From the NCBI GenBank assembly GCA_020137815.1, contig CM035352.1, positions 3,596,001 to 3,660,000 on the forward strand: a DNA stretch of 64,000 nt, given 5' to 3'. The position numbers and the translations under genes are program-made. The notes beneath the pieces are model-generated. The model ran no database searches. It worked only from the letters and a program-made list of their open reading frames with translations, and had not been told where the DNA came from. How positions within the stretch are numbered: the stretch's first letter is position 1; each line of letters starts with the position of its first letter. The stretch is from Hormiphora californensis (lineage: Eukaryota; Animalia; Ctenophora). Shown here in pieces: positions 14,492-26,985 of the stretch.

Positions 14492-17400
14492 TTAGGTCTT
14501 GACATGCGCCGTGTTCCAAGTCGGGGCAGGATGCCTGATTTTGTTTGCTTTGCGTAGGAATACTGCAGTTTCCCAGGGGTGGTCCTTGAAGAGGCTTCTC
14601 ATCCGAACCGCATGTAGCTGTGGCTTATTTGTAGACAGATGTTGTTTCCTGATGTCGTCGTACCCTGGACAATGCAATAATACATGTTCCTCGTCCTCCG
14701 TGATTGTCTCGTGTGAGGGAAGTTGAGAGATTAGCAGGAAAGTAAGGTGATCCTCTGTGGTGCAGATAGGACAGGCTCTTTTCTTTATCAGTGTGTCCTC
14801 CGTCCTTGTACTTTCTCTGTATTTTTGTTGCCTTCCCACTTCAATGTTGAATCGATGAGCACTGCATCTCAATCTTGCTATCCATTTAGATAGGTCACGT
14901 TCGAGGTCAAGATATTCTTCTTGATAGAATGATGTTTTCACCACATTGTAAAACTCCATCTTCTTGTTAGTAGTGCGATCCCTGTTCCAAGTGGTGGTGA
15001 ACGTGTCTTCCTTGTTGAGACGGCTCATGGCTAGTACTTGTGTGACCCAGTCAAGCTCCAGTATTTCTTGCTCCTTCAGAGCATAAACCACTAACGGGGT
15101 GGGAGTATCATGGGTGTCACGATTTTCCATGTCTTTGATGCGGTTAAAGTACTTAAGAGCTCCGTTTCCTAGTGCCAGTGTCAGAGGGAGGCGCCCGCAG
15201 TCACCCCACACCGCAACATTGGAGGCCCGGGTGTGTATTCCCAACGCCATCTTGCAGAATGATAGATGCAATCGTTCCAAGGGCGATTTGGCTATGATCT
15301 TCAAATCCAGTGAGTCTTTGCTTATAATTGACTTCCAGGATGTGTGCGGGAGCCATACTTGAGAGCAGTAGCTAGCCACGGGAAGGACTAGTGAGTCGAA
15401 AAGTTTCAGCGCTGTGCGGGGACTTATCGCCGAGAAATCGATTTGTTTCTTTATGGCGAATACAGCTCTGAGGGCTTTTTGCTTGAGCTTAGCTTCATTC
15501 AACTTAAATGATCCGTTGAGAGTGAAGGTTACACCCAGGTAGCAATATGTTTTTGCGGAGGGTATTCTCTGTCCCTTGTATATAAAGCCTTCACTTTCTT
15601 TTAGTTTGACTGCTGATTTGTTGAATACCATGACTTCTGTTTTCTTGAGGTTTACGGAGAGCCCCCATTCCTCACAGTATTCCTCTAGTACATCGATGAG
15701 TCGTTGGAGGCTGGCAGGGTTAAGAGCCATCAGAACCAAGTCGTCCGCCCATAGGAGGTGAGAAATGTATTTCCCCGCCAAGGATGGTGATGAAGAACCT
15801 TCTTCCCTGTTGAGTCTTACCGAGAGCTCGTGTACGTAGATCTTAAAGAGCTCAGGACTTAAAGGGTGACCCTGTTCGGTGCCGATGTTAACCTCTATAG
15901 TCTCTGTGAGCTTACCAAGGAGCTTAATTCTGGCTGAGGAGCCCGTATACATATCCTTGAGTACACCAAAGAACCGGCCACGCACGCCGTATTGATAGAG
16001 TTTATACAGTAGGGCCTCCCTGCACACGGTGTCAAAGGCTTTGGAGTAGTCTACAAACACCGTGTACAGGCGAGATTTTTGCTGGATGTATTTATCTATG
16101 GTTGTCTTCAGGGTTAAGACATGGTCAGCGGTTTGCGCTCCTTTGCAGAAACCTAGTTGATTTGGTAGATCAGGTACTTCAATGGAGCGGAAATCCAGGA
16201 GTCTATCCAGAAGGATCCCAGAGAATAGCTTTCCAAGGTTGCTTGCCACGGCCACGGCCCTGTAGTTGTTAGGATCATACCTACAGCCCTTCTTATACAA
16301 TGGGGTGACGAGTGATTCTTTCCAAGGATAGCACTGATTCTGGAGACATTGGTTAAACAAGTTGGCTGTCGCCTCCATGACTTCTGTACTGCTTGCTTTC
16401 AGGAACTCGTTGGCAATTTGATCCTCAGCTACAGCTTTTCCGTCCTTGAGTCGCCTTGTTACAGCTGCCACTTCTTCTGTTGTAACATCCCTGTTGAGGG
16501 CTTTGTCTAGATCTTCTGGTATGGGTTTGTCACATGTTGATTCCCAGTACATGGCTTGTTCGTTTCCTGAGATGGCGGCTGGAGGGGGCTGTTTGGCGTA
16601 GAGTTTTTTGAAGAACTTACAGAAGTTTTTCATGTCAAAAGCGTCCAGCTTGTTCTCCGAGGGTGCAAAGCTCTTTAACTTCTTGAGGTTTTTCCAGTCA
16701 ATGTTACCATCATCGATGTCTTGGGAGAGTTCTCTGATGCAGCGTCTCTTAGTGTTTCTTACCAACCTTCTGTGATCCTTCTTCGTTGTAAAGAGTTGAC
16801 CCGTGATCGTTCCAGAGGGATTCATACCCGCTCTTTGGGAGATTCTGTTCACCAATTTCCTGGAGGGTAAGCAATGTCTAAACCATGGTTGTTTAGGGAT
16901 GGTTTTTTCTTCTCTTTGACTTCTTTTGATTGGGGTTCTCTTTTTTGAGAGGCACCGTGATGTCAGCTGCCTTTTTGAAGACTCCAACTAGCCTTTGGTT
17001 GAGTTCCATAGTTTCATTGACTGACGAGCAGGATACTTCTTTGATTGCCTTGGCTTCTGCATAACATGCGTTCGCCTTGAAGTGTCGTTTTAAAAGCCTT
17101 CTTATCATCGGCGGTGTGGAGTTTGTATCTGCTCGGGGCTGGGTCTAGGTCGGCCAGAAGTGTTTCCTCGGTGATTTGAGGGCCATGGTATGCCAGCTTG
17201 GTTAGACAAGGACGATGGTCAGAGAAAACGTTCAAGTCCAAGATTTGATAGCTTTTAATCATGGCATGCAATCCAGTCGTCACTGCTGTGTAGTCTACGA
17301 CACTGGATCCATTATATTTCACGCAGGTATATTCTCCTGTAATGTCACCCACACAATTACCGTTCAGGAGAGTAGCGTTCATTGAGGCAAGCAGGTCAAT

Positions 17401-18048
17401 GAGCTGTTTACCTCTGGCATCGGCTTGCCGTGTATCTTTTGAAGAGCGTGATCGGCCTTTTAAGGTTTGGTGAGATCTCGGAAAATCCTCGTGTTCAGAA
17501 GATATTTCAACCAGATCATGGTTCAGAGTATTGGTTCTTGCGTTCATGTCACCACACAAGAGTATCTCGGTGTGTTGATGATTCAGAAGCAGACTTAGGA
17601 GAGATTCCATGACTGATGTCTGGTTACCCGCGTTTCGGCGTTTGTATGATGAGTGGGAGGGAGAGTCGTAAACATTTATCACTAGCAGCGGCGTTTCTCT
17701 ATCACTGCTGTGAGGGCTCAAGTTGACAGCTAAGATGTCCTCATGCCCGGTGAACACCTCCCGTGCTCTCCATCGTGTAGCGATTTCTCTTGCAATTCCG
17801 GTGCATACCCCACCTGACCTGGATTTGTCCCTCAGTTTGTTGTAGCATAGGTATCCAGGAATTGATATTGAGCCCTTAGTCTCTTGGAGGCAGAAAATAC
17901 TTTTTCCCTGCAGTATTTCAAGGAAATCTGGGTCGTCTTGTTTAGGTCCACCTACTGAGCTGCCGTCCTGAATGTTCCAGTGCAAGACTTCGAATGGGAT
18001 ATTCTTCAAGATGCTACGATTCATGGTTGTTGTTTGTGCTGTTGTCAT
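14492..18048 (-). pseudogene. LINE ORF2: AP endonuclease + reverse transcriptase + CCHC, split by two frameshifts near 17075 and 16945
   Basis: APE motifs HWNIQ, FCLQET, GDMNART, VVDYT, SDH; RT motifs YRAVAV, NQLGF, FVDYSKAFDTV, GTEQGHPLSP, WADD, YLGV; C-terminal RLRCSAHRFNIEVGR...C..C...H...C. The linker continues through ORF 16893-17108. Confidence 0.92.
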
Positions 18049-21000
18049 TTGCCCGTCTCCTAGGGAGCAGGCGGCCTGTCATTCTGTCGAGACTGTCTCT
18101 GAACTTGATCCAGAGGAGGACTTTCCCGTAGGCCGTAGTGATTTTCGCTTCAGGCAATTCATTTTGGATTTTCACGTGTGTGTTGAGGGGACCTGGGTGG
18201 CTGGTGAACACTTGAAAATCACCTCCATCTTTTGTTCTTCTATAGTTGGTGATGTAATCTGACATTGTATCACTGAATCGCTGTAACTTGTCCCGAAACT
18301 CCGCGTGCTCGGTGTTTTGAGGCACCAGGGGCAGCGAGAAACACGTTTTGCCTTTTTTGCAAGCAGATCTAATGAGCGCTTTACATTCACCAATCACCTC
18401 CTCTGACTCCCGTCCTTCATGGATGTCCGCATATCCAAGGTGTATGATGATTAGGCCGGGTTTGTAGGATTCGATTTTGCCGAGTATCGTAGTGTCCGTC
18501 GTTGACTTCCCAATGGTTGGACATTTCACTGTCTCGACTTCGTAGCGCTTCGTGAATCTCGCTTTGTCAAAGTCGTTGAAGGTGCCGTCGTGTATGAGGA
18601 GACACTTTTCTTGTCCGATATTAGCTCTCGTGTTTCTCCCGGTATTATCTCTACCGGTACTTCCACCATCAGCCGACTGTTGTTGACTTTGCCTTGTAGA
18701 GGCGGTGGTATTTCTGTTTCTACTAGCTTGTCCGCGGTGGGCTGAATATGTTATGTTTCCCGCGAACCTGCTATTGTGTGAGTGCGAGTTATAGCCGATC
18801 GTTCCTGGTCTTCTATAAGTCTGTCTCGCCTCTTCTGGCTCGATAGTGGGGTTATCTCCTTGGTCGGGTGTATCAGGGCCGCTTTGTCTGGGCCTTCCTG
18901 TTTCGTTGACGCCCCTTTGGTGAGACATTGTTCTCTTTAGGTTTGCAATTTCTTGCTCCATTGCAGATGTCTTAGAGGATAGGGCTTCGTTTTTCTGATG
19001 GAGTTCCTCTGTCTTCCTCATTTGATCTGCTTTGGTCGGATGATTGAGGTCTTCCGAATCCTGCTCAAGTTTTTCTATCTTCTGCGTGAGCTCCTCGATC
19101 GTCCTCGATTGCTTGCTGTTATCCGCCTGTAGTGTGTTAGTTTTCTCTGTTAGGCTCTTAAGAGCCTAACAGAGAAAATTGATAGACATGCTCAATTCGT
19201 TTATTTTATCTGTTTGGCTTGAGCAGGTAGTCTGTAGATTGCTAATAGCGACTTTTAGACTTTCTATGACCTCTTTGAGAATTGAAATTTCCTTGGTGGT
19301 TGTAGGATGTTGCAGTGAATCACGTTTGATCCTATCGATCTCGCTCCCCATGGTGTCTTCGTTCTCAAGGATCGCATCTACACACGCCGTGTTCCTATCA
19401 GTCTCCGATCTTAGCTGAAGAATACTCTTCTCTAGAGTCAGAATCTGTCCGGTACTTGCCCACTCCTCCTTCGATGGACACGTCGTGGGAGCCGCTTGCC
19501 GTGGTGGCGTTTTGATATAGTCGTCCTGCATCTTTGGAGTGTTCTTCATTGGACTATCTGTGAGTTTCTCGCTGGAGTATCTCCTCAGGATTTCCTCTTT
19601 TGTATTCGCTGTTTGGACTTTCCTTTTATCTTTTCTCCTCTCATTATGTTCCTCATTCAGATCAACGTTGGTGGTGGATAGAATCTTTTTGAGTCGTTTG
19701 GTCTGTCTTTTCTTCATGTAGGAAGTGTTTAGGTTGACTTCCCTATCAGTCTCCTCGAGAATGAAGTTGACCAGTTGATACTTTCTGGCATAAGCGTTGC
19801 CTCCCGGCGTGATGCCTAGCTTTTGGAGTTCAGGTTTGACTACTTGATCTCTTAATGACAAGATGAGGAACTCTGTAACAGATTTAGGGGGAGCTTCATC
19901 GTTCTGACAAAACTTCACTAAGGTTTCCTTCAGGAGAGCATGGTTTCCAGGGAGGAAGTTACTCGGGCATATGTTGCATATTTTAAGAAGCTTTATCGTG
20001 GTTTTCTCGTTTGTTGCGCTGGCTGCATTGACCAGAAGTGACTCAAAACTGCATACCCTCGGTGCCTTGGTATCTTCAGCGCCGTCTTCCTCACCGGAGG
20101 CAGTATATTTACTCGTCTCCGCGTCCTTTCTGTCTGTGCTGCTTATTCTATCAGCATCATCTACGGGTTTAGGCATCTCGTTGTCTGGGGTTGACCTGAT
20201 AGATGTCGGTAAACCCTCCGTACCTTTGGTCTCAATAGGTGTAATTGAGCCGGTGGGGTCCTCTCGAGGTGGTAGATCATCATCATCTTTCGGAAATTGC
20301 TCTACAGGGGCTGATCTTACCGGTTCCGAACTGACAGAGATCTCAGGTATCGGTAAAATGTCCGTGCCTTTGGTCCGGATCTCCGACTGGTTAGGGTGGG
20401 CTGGCCCGCTAGGATCCTCTTGCGTGGTGGTCTCTGTCAGGTCATGCCTTTTCTTCTCTTGAGTCGGCAACTGATCTGTAGGTACAAAACAGATAGGATC
20501 CGCTGGCAGTGTCGTCGTCGTCTTTGGGGGTTTCAGCTCGTTGTCCTTCTTGTCGTTTTTGTCCTGGTGTGGAGTTCTGGATTTGTGTTTGGGTACAATC
20601 CAGTAGTGGAAATCAAGTGTGGTGTTTCCGGCTGAGGTCTTCATGGGTCTCACTGCGCTGCTGTGTTTCGGGTTCACAAATACAGCCGATAGTGTGTCCA
20701 TGTTCAGTTCGACAATATTTTTTGTTGATCTGTATTGCACCTTCTGTTCCATTCCTATGTGTAGAACAGTGAGCACATCTTCTTCCGATTGGAATTTGAC
20801 CTCGTTTTCTCTGCTGTACGTTGATGTGATGGTGAGGTGGTTCCATTCACCTCCGCCGATGTTTGGGAAGATGCTCCGACGTTTGGACAGAAGTACAGAT
20901 ATTAGGTCTTTGTAAATCTGGGGACAGTACTCGCAGTCTGTACCGAGATTCAGAGTGCACATGGATGATAGTGTACTGTCTCCGTATCTTTTCATGAGAT

Positions 21001-22653
21001 CTCGACTAATCTGGCCACCCAGAGTGGCAGCGTCAAGGGATTCCTCTAAGTCTGATCCAGAACATTTAAATAGGATTAGTGTGTTTGTTCTAGGGTCATA
21101 TAGGGGTCCCTGGGAGTCGAGTTTTGATCGTGGTGGAGTTTGCACCCTCGGGTTGAGATGAGAGTCGCTTAGGAGTGACTGTGGTGGGTCACTGAGGGTC
21201 CTTCTTCTGTTTAACCGTCCATAGGGGCTGCCACGTCGAGGTGTTCTAAACTGAGGGGTACGGGTGGGATCTATACCGTGATCTTCTTTGACTAGCCTGT
21301 TGCTCGTGGTCGGGGATTGTTCCTCCTGAATCGCCTCGGCACCAATGAGAGTGCTGCTCAGGGCTCCATCAGCCTCACGGGCTCCACCGTAACCGAGCCA
21401 GGACAAGTTGAAACTGATCCCAGGCAGGACCGTCAAAAGAAGCAAGAACACGAGGATGTTGGGCCTCAGTGTGTGGTTTGCGGGTGGTGGGTTAGCTTCG
21501 AATTGGAGTTGTGTTCTGGTGAGGTTAGCACTGTTGGAAGATGGGGAGGGTGAGGGTTGGTGGTGGTAGGTGGGTGTGTCTCACCAAATTGACACCAAAA
21601 TTTCAAACTCGGAGAATTTCAAAAAAAATTATATCATCTGAAAGCGGGTAAAGGACTGATCATTTCGGTATGTCGCGTCAGTTTAATTGATTATCAATTA
21701 ATTAATTATTAATTAATTAGCGACCGTAACATTGGTAACGACCGTAACGTTTCGGTCGTTACAGTGTATTCTATTTAAAATTACACATAAAATGGTCGTA
21801 ACAACCGTAACGTAACGGTCGTTACATATGTAACGACTGTAACGTAACGGTCGTTACATTTGTAATGACCGTAACGTAACGGTCGTTACATTTGTAATGA
21901 CCGTAACGTTTTACTACCGTAATGTTACGGTCGTTACCTAAAATGACCATATTTTGTAACGACCGTAACGTTACGGTCGTTACAAATGTAACGACCGTAA
22001 CGTTTCGGTCGTTACATTTGTAACGACCGTAACGTTTCGGTCGTTACATTTGTAACGACCGTTACGTTACGGTTGCTGTTACGGTCGTTACAAATGTTAC
22101 ATCTCCAGAATGTTCAGGCAGCCACGGCCATACTTTTTGGACTAAGGCTTCAGAATTCAGACAGGAGAAAGTACTCAGTCACAGCTACCGCTGAGTACCA
22201 GTTTCAACTTCGTACGATAACTACAACCGATTCTATGATCGTTCAAAAATGCGTTACGGTCGTTACGGTCGTTACGTCAACGCCAAAAAAAGGCTTTTTT
22301 TGGCATATTATGCATCATAATTCAGCTCAGTGATGCATAATTATCATGATATTTAGTAATTCAGTAGTTCAGACATTTTCTGACAGTTTGGTACAAAAAT
22401 TAACAAAATTGGCCAATGTTTAGGTGGTCTACGGACCTGTACAAAATTTCCAAACTCGAGGTGTCAATTTGGTGAGACACACCCAGGTAGGGAAATACAA
22501 AAATTCCGAACCGGTCAACTCGTCACTAGTAGTGATGCTACTGCACTCCCGAAATGCAAGTTTCCAATCGAATCCAATAATTATGAGGAAAAATGTAGCA
22601 ATCAACACGTATGATGTGTTGCGTGATGACCTTCTACCGAGAAGTTTCTTCAT
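18014..22653 (-). pseudogene. LINE ORF1 (~1230 aa when reconstructed), interrupted by a MITE and by a 21-nt inverted duplication that introduces TAG
   Basis: ORF 19166-21451 is in frame with 18014-19021 across the TAG (48 open codons between them). Removing 21572-22488 joins MKKLLGRR...EFLYFP to TYHHQP...NILVFLLLLTV in frame. SGNH-like C-terminus (CLLIHD...IIIHLGYADI). Confidence 0.82.
21572..22484. mobile_element. MITE with 25-bp TIRs and 4-bp TSD AGGT (Sola-like), with an internal array of GACCGTAAC/GTTACGGTC palindromic repeats
   Basis: AGGT|GGGTGTGTCTCACCAAATTGACACC...GGTGTCAATTTGGTGAGACACACCC|AGGT. A 6-bp TSD reading is also possible, but only the 4-bp reading restores the ORF1 frame. 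Confidence 0.85.
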
Positions 22654-22706
22654 AATGGTAGTTTGATCTTTTCCTATATAGTGGACTGAGTCGCAAATTT
22701 CTTGTC

Positions 22707-22796
22707 GCCTCCGTGGCGCAGCAGTTAGAGACTCTGCTCGCCGCGCGGAGGGACTAGAGGGAGGGAGGTTCGAGTCCCACTCGGGAAAATTTTTTT
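22707..22796 (+). ncRNA. tRNA-derived Pol III unit (SINE-head-like), not a canonical tRNA
   Basis: A-box-like TGGCGCAGCAG (~22714), B-box GGTTCGAGTCC (22767-22777) in a T-arm-like GGGAGGTTCGAGTCCC, and a T7 terminator at 22790-22796; the anticodon arm and acceptor stem are not canonical. Confidence 0.65.
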
Positions 22797-23288
22797 GCGT
22801 GGGTCCCCCTAACTTTTCTTGTTTTACCGAACAGAGGATAGAAATGGGACTCATTATAGGTAGTTATTGGCAGATTTGAGACAATTGCTTAGGTAGCTGA
22901 TGTTTTGAAACCCAAACCTGTAGCCAGAAACTCGGGTGTGACGTCCTTTTTTCTGTTGATTTCCTACACAATCACTGCCGTCGGGACCTCGGAAAAGAGG
23001 GAGAGAGAGGGTCGTGAGAGAAGGTATGGTGATGGTGGGGTAGTAACTGCTTACCGTACAGTACAGACGACCCCGTACCGTCACCAGTACCGAGGAGTTT
23101 TGGAAGGAAGGACGGTCTCGCTAATCAGTAATTATCAGAGTTGGAGTTTCAGGTACCAGTCAGTTCCGGGAAAAGGGTTGGTGTTATGTGATCCCTCTCT
23201 TTTTCCTCTCTCTCCCTTTTATGTTTGTGATGTGACCCCTCTAGTTCGCAAGCAGTTCTCTAGCACTTGTGATACGTGATACCTACGA

Positions 23289-23371
23289 ATCACGTCGTCA
23301 CACTGACGGATCACGTCGTCACACTGACGGATCACGTCGTCACACTGACGGATCACGTCGTCACACTGACG
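23289..23371. repeat. 21-bp tandem repeat x4 (ATCACGTCGTCACACTGACGG)
   Basis: Directly visible, with no spacers. Confidence 0.9.
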
Positions 23372-23679
23372 ATAGGGTGTCACATTTCCGACCAAATTTG
23401 CATTAGATATAGTTAGATAGTACATCTGTAGATCTGTAAAACAATAAAACATAAAATATTTACTTTATTTTCATGTTGCAAATGCTTGCTTGCTTTGCTG
23501 CTTTCATGTCGTACGTGCCATTTCAATGTGGTAAAGAGCAGGGGGGCATTGTTTGTATAAAAACAATTATATATTTTAGTAATAACTTGCACAGTCACAC
23601 ACTATACAACAGTATAATAGTAGTTGCAACAGTAGTTTCATGTGATATAGCACACGTACTTTGTATGAAACCGTTTTCA

Positions 23680-23921
23680 GATGATCTTTTACTTTTTACT
23701 TTTCTTCTTCTTCTTGTTTCTTATCTAACAGATCATCTCGACACATTCTCACATCTTTTTTTCGTTTCTAAAAAGAAAAAGTAAAAAATAAAAAACAAAA
23801 AACAAAAAACAAAAAACAAAAAAAAAACAAAAAAAAAACAAAAAAAAAGATGTGAGAATGTGTCGAGATGATCTCGTTAGATAAGAAACAAGAAGAAGAA
23901 TGAAAAAAGTAAAAGATCATC
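23680..23921. repeat. Inverted repeat (~80-bp arms) around an A-rich loop
   Basis: GATGATCTTTTACTTT...CTCGACACATTCTCACATCTTTTT is mirrored by AAAAAGATGTGAGAATGTGTCGAG...AAAGTAAAAGATCATC. Confidence 0.8.
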
Positions 23922-24186
23922 TTCTCATTCTTAAGTGTACCTTTAAAGCTTCCCCAGCTTACTGAGAAGCAGGTTATGTTCTAAACAGATTGCTGAGCCT
24001 CATTTTCTCAGCGTTTAGACTTCGAGTGCTTCACAATATAATTTTGATGTTTACCAATGTACTTTCTTTAAATCTGACCCTCGTCATCAAACCAACGCCA
24101 AAACAGTCCCAATTTTGGAAGTAACCTGTTAAAATAGCTCTCTCTCCCTCTCTCCCTCTCTCCCTTTCTCTCTCCCTTTCTCTCTC

Positions 24187-24260
<74 letters not shown>

Positions 24261-24769
24261 TTTGTTAATTTCACACCATTGTGTTATGACATCCTTTTGT
24301 CATGTTCTATTTAACTACCTACCTCTTATGTTTTCTCGCTCTCTTAATTTCTATTTTCTTCCTCCCTCTCTCGCCCTCTCCCTCTCTCGCCCTCTCTCTT
24401 TCTCCCTCTCTCTTTCTCTCCCTCTCTCGCTTTCTCTCCCTCTCGCTCGCACCCTTGTTTTCACCACATAACCCTCATCTGAGAAATGAATGTGGAATGA
24501 AAAGCATTCAGAGAGCCCTCTGATATTCAGTCTAAGTAAGGCACTATTATCTTTTCAAATGGCTTGTTCAAAGAAAATGAATTTATTAATCAATGCTCCT
24601 TGATTCTTAGTGAGTACAACTAAATGTCCATGATTATATTCAACGCGATTTATTATACGGTGCAGCTTGGTAAATGCCGATCAATTTATTCATGTTGGAT
24701 CCAGATCCCTCATCTGGCCGTTGTGCAATTGATTAATTGTGCTATATAATTCTTCTACCGAGTGTTGGT

Positions 24770-25050
24770 TAAAGTCGAATTTTTTAATCAAGGGACAGGG
24801 GGCTGCACATTCAGAGAGGTCGCACGGCGTTGTATTTACGCGTGACAATCGAGATCAAGTTCCTGGCAATCTTAAGACTTGAACCCGGAAGCGTTGGAAA
24901 GATAATTTTAAAACCTTTTCAATGCAACCAAAATCAAGTCTTTATCTTATCAGGAACAGGAGATATAATGAGCGAAAACGTTTAGCACGCGCAAATCGAC
25001 TTTTATAAATGCACGGCCCCCTGTCCCTTGATTAAAAAAATTCGACTTTA
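24770..25050. mobile_element. MITE with ~34-bp TIRs starting TAAAGTCGAA; related element at 62310-62575
   Basis: TAAAGTCGAATTTTTTAATCAAGGGACAGGGGGC ... GCCCCCTGTCCCTTGATTAAAAAAATTCGACTTTA. Confidence 0.8.
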
Positions 25051-25392
25051 GTTTTATGGAATGCGGACTGTACTGATAACGTTCTGTCCACCATGTCCAC
25101 TAAAGTGTAGGCAACGAACTGGATCCGCATGTGAATCTCACCGGTGAGAACAAATGCGAGACACACAGCCAGTTGGTCGTTGTTTCGTTTTCATTTTCGC
25201 TTTCATTATCAACAAGAAACTTTAAGTTGACCATATATATGTTACAATTGCCTCTCTTCTGAGATCTTTATAACTGTGGCTTGAGTTCTGTGCCATGTCG
25301 GAAATCAAATGCAAGAAATATTCACATAGTTCATTTTCTATACCTATGAATACAAGAGCTCATTATACTTCTTCTTTCCCCATTTTATTTGA

Positions 25393-25820
25393 CTAGCGCA
25401 CCCATTGGGTGCGCCTCAAGTAAGGCCTTTTGATAACCCACCCGGCTTCGCCGGTTGGTTCCTTTCGCCACTTTCAACGTCAATAACACGGTTACCATAG
25501 CAACTGGAGTGGTAACTATGGGGACTGAATTGTTGAAATTCATTCAAAAATATCAGCAAACTTCCACTGGAAGTTCCAAAACTGCGAGGAACAGCTTTAC
25601 AGCTTTGAGCACATAAAGTGTTTTATGAAGGAGCACTGTCGCGTAGAAACGCACTGAACGAACGACCACCACTTCGACGTCGTTCATCTCCAAATTATAA
25701 TAGTTAGTTTTGTTTATTTGCTCAAGATGTTTGCAGCTTGTTAAGTTAGGGGTGTGACAACAATTTCGCAGAGGCCAATCAGTCACTAATTTCTCAATAT
25801 TATATATCTATATTTTGATA
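25393..25820 (-). mobile_element. Probable non-autonomous Helitron
   Basis: The minus-strand 3' end is the hairpin GCGCACCCA-A-TGGGTGCGC running into CTAG|T; the AT-rich 5' boundary is approximate. Confidence 0.5.
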
Positions 25821-26985
25821 GGGTGGTGACAAAGTAAGTCATTGACCTGATCCACACCATATTTAACCTTGTTGAGTGAGGGGTGAGAGTTCTCCACCCC
25901 CTTACTCAACAAATTTAACCATTTTCACGGGTTCACTGAAGCCTGTCATTGTCTTGAGATAATTGCTGCTCCCTATATAGTTACCTCACCGCAAAGCTTT
26001 AACTTCACTCTTGCTTTGTTCGACCCTCCCCCAAATTACACATTTGCTTTGTTGAGTACCGAGGTTTGGTCGCTACTTCAGGTCTAGCTCTACGAAGTCT
26101 AAAGTCCATTTTTATCAAACTGTTCAGGCATCAACTCGTGTGTGTGTGTGTGATATTTTAATTTAGTTTACGTTGCACACGCTACACGTTAATATGTGAT
26201 AGACGTGCAAAACAATTCCACGCACGACTTTGGGGGGTGAACACTGTTCACCCCCCAAAGTCGTGCGTGGAATTGTTTTGCACGTCTATCACTAACTGAA
26301 CAGTGAACACTGAACACTGAACACTGAACAGTTGAAAAAAAGGACTTTACGTAGCAGCCTTAGCAAACAGTGCAACAAGAAAGTTTGTTGTATTCAGGCA
26401 TGGTTTCCTATTATATCACAAACAAGCTCTTATTCAGCTCTGTTTGTTGAATGAAAATATCTTCAATAGCGGTGATTGCCTCTGGGGTGGAAATGTATAC
26501 ATACCTTTGATCCAGTGCTGATTGCCATCAATACGATTACGATAGATATTATCCCAAAACTGATTTTGGTCTCACATGAGACATTGCACTATGATTTATC
26601 ACACGCAAAGCAATGTTAGATGATTTCTTTGATCTACGCCAAGATTTTCTCTCGTTCATCCCATGCATATAATGGCTCCTCCAAGATTTGATGTGGTTTG
26701 ATACCATATGGTGTGTGTATCTCTTTCTCGTGGCAACAATTTCATTTCTAGTCTACATCCCCTTTCTTCGCTGGATATAGCGCCAAGTAAAGGTAATCTC
26801 AGAATTATACAAACGGACAGACGCTTGGAAATTTCCCACCTTTTAGTAGCCTAATAACGAGCCACACACGAAAAAGATATTATGTAGTGCAAGTGCTAAA
26901 TGCTGGGAAATCGTGTTCTTTGCATATTGTGTGAGAATTCCAAAATAGATATAACTAGAAATATAAAATCTTTGTGGGTGTCTAT

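Noticed and set aside
22707-22796. Functional tRNA gene
   Set aside because: A and B boxes are present but there is no canonical anticodon arm or acceptor stem; kept only as a tRNA-derived unit.
23289-23371. CRISPR-like appearance of short repeats (also 3120-3465, 34799-34946, 57120-57380)
   Set aside because: Head-to-tail tandem units without unique spacers, no cas genes, eukaryotic context.
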